NCBI GenBank assembly: GCA_036510655.1
Contig: DATCDQ010000008.1
Span: 5,101 to 69,100, forward strand
Direction of reading: 5' to 3'
Length of the DNA: 64,000 bases
Source of the DNA: Microbacteriaceae bacterium
GTDB lineage: Bacteria; Actinomycetota; Actinomycetes; Actinomycetales; Microbacteriaceae
In this document: one piece after another, positions 63,031 to 64,000 of the stretch
Numbering within the stretch: position 1 is the first letter of the stretch
How the letters are laid out: the number at the start of each line of letters is the position of its first letter
Notes under the pieces: model-generated
Database searches by the model: none
Told to the model about the DNA's origin: nothing
What the model saw: only the letters and a program-made list of their open reading frames with translations
Made by a program: the position numbers and the translations under genes

Positions 63031-64000
63031 GTGAGCCGCCCACACGTCTATCGGCACTGGAAAACCTGGCCACTGGCCTCGCAGATCCTCGCCGTCGTGC
63101 TGACCATCCTGGTGCTGACCGTGTCGTTCGGTGCGCTGCTCTACTCCACCCTCAACGGGCAGGCACTTGAACAGCAATACCAATTGCGCGCGCTCGGGAT
63201 AGCGCAATCCGTGTCCCGGTCGCCGGAGATCGTGGCCGCTGTCGAGGCCGGAGATCCGAACCACACCATCAGAGTGTTGGCTGAGAAAGTACGCCAGACG
63301 ACCGGCGCCGCCTATGTCGTGGTGGCCGACCGCGAGGGCATCCGCTACTCGCACCCGAACCCGAAGCTGATCGGTAAGCGCCTGGAGGAAGGCGTCATCG
63401 CGCTCGACGGCAAGACCCACACCGGCGTCGACAAGGGCAGCCTCGGCAGGTCTGCGAATGGGATTGCGCCGATCTTCTCGATAACCGGTCAGGTTGTCGG
63501 CGAAGTGTCGGTCGGCATCCTCGAGACACAGGTTAACGACCAACTCGCCGTGGACAGCAGGCTGATCATCGGTTACTCGATCCTGGTGCTGATTCTGAGC
63601 GCGCTCGGCTCCGTGCTGCTGGCACGCAGGATCAAGCGTGTCACGTTCGGGCTAGAACCCGCGTCGATCGCGTCGCTCCTGCAGGAACGCGAAGCACTCC
63701 TGCACGGCATCCGCGAGGGCATGGTGGGTCTGGACACCGACGGCCGCATCACGGTCATCAATGAGGAGGGGAAACGGCTACTCGGCCTCGACGGGGATGT
63801 CGTGGGCAAAGCGCTGAATCAGGTGGTCGCTCCGGGTCGTCTCTTGGACACGCTCAGCGGCAAGGCAGCGGGCATCGACGAAACCACGGTGACCGACGAT
63901 TTCCTGCTCGTCGTCAACCATATGGACGTGGAGTTGTCGGGTCGGGCGATCGGATCCGTCGTGACGATCCGCGATCGTACCGAGGTCGAAGGGCTCGTCC
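63031..64000 (+). CDS. Sensor histidine kinase, DcuS/CitA-like (partial, runs off the window)
   Basis: Not in the ORF track because no stop is reached. Hand translation from GTG 63031 gives TM1 (ILAVVLTILVLTVSFGALLY), a Cache/PAS-like extracytoplasmic domain (VVVADREGIRYSHPNPKLIGKRLEEG...GSLGRSANGIAPIF), TM2, then a cytoplasmic PAS domain (REALLHGIREGMVGLDTDGRITVINEEGKRLLG). Confidence 0.75.
   Translation, partial: MSRPHVYRHWKTWPLASQILAVVLTILVLTVSFGALLYSTLNGQALEQQYQLRALGIAQSVSRSPEIVAAVEAGDPNHTIRVLAEKVRQTTGAAYVVVADREGIRYSHPNPKLIGKRLEEGVIALDGKTHTGVDKGSLGRSANGIAPIFSITGQVVGEVSVGILETQVNDQLAVDSRLIIGYSILVLILSALGSVLLARRIKRVTFGLEPASIASLLQEREALLHGIREGMVGLDTDGRITVINEEGKRLLGLDGDVVGKALNQVVAPGRLLDTLSGKAAGIDETTVTDDFLLVVNHMDVELSGRAIGSVVTIRDRTEVEGLV

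Overview
The window looks like chromosomal DNA from a high-GC actinobacterium, probably Microbacteriaceae-like. That guess rests on gene content, the dnaK-grpE-dnaJ-hspR operon with HAIR operators, GTG/TTG starts and ATGA/GTGA coupled genes. Most of it is ordinary housekeeping or catabolic sequence.

Main blocks:
- A regulator/efflux block (TetR, ArsR, PadR, DHA2 MFS).
- A roughly 14-kb glycan/sugar utilisation locus at 11.4-25.8 kb: LacI, ROK, a CUT1-type ABC transporter, a ManD-like dehydratase, an SDR, two Gfo/Idh/MocA enzymes, a TIM-barrel isomerase and a Tat-secreted beta-helix hydrolase.
- The heat-shock operon.
- Two VapC-type toxin-antitoxin (TA) pairs.
- lplA, a GH1 beta-glucosidase, a small alarmone synthetase, idi, dcd and a TMEM175-type channel.
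- tRNA-Gly(CCC), flanked on both sides by decayed accessory DNA: a frameshifted nucleotidyltransferase, a Gfo/Idh/MocA pseudogene, an orphan RHH gene and an integrase remnant.
- An accessory stretch at 44.9-51.2 kb: a Clp_N protein plus HTH, a NUDIX / PEP-utilising (rifampicin-phosphotransferase-like) / TetR operon, and an HTH-GHKL ATPase-DUF4325 protein.
- An accessory clpP pair.
- A Liv-type ABC / CoA-transferase / HMGL-like lyase locus next to a partial DcuS/CitA-like sensor kinase.

I found no CRISPR array and no recognisable canonical defence system. No multi-gene system here can be declared novel from sequence alone.

The signals most worth follow-up are:
1. An accessory ClpP pair in which one subunit has the catalytic Ser replaced by Ala (ClpR-like).
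2. The solitary HTH-GHKL-STAS(DUF4325) protein in the decayed tRNA-associated region.
3. A dense set of dispersed palindromic (REP/MITE-like) repeat families. They donate the last codons and stop codon of three genes, sit in frame inside an rRNA-methyltransferase-like gene, and split the dnaK operon.
4. Short phased tandem repeats in three regulatory spacers.

All functional calls come from motif recognition by eye. No database search was run.
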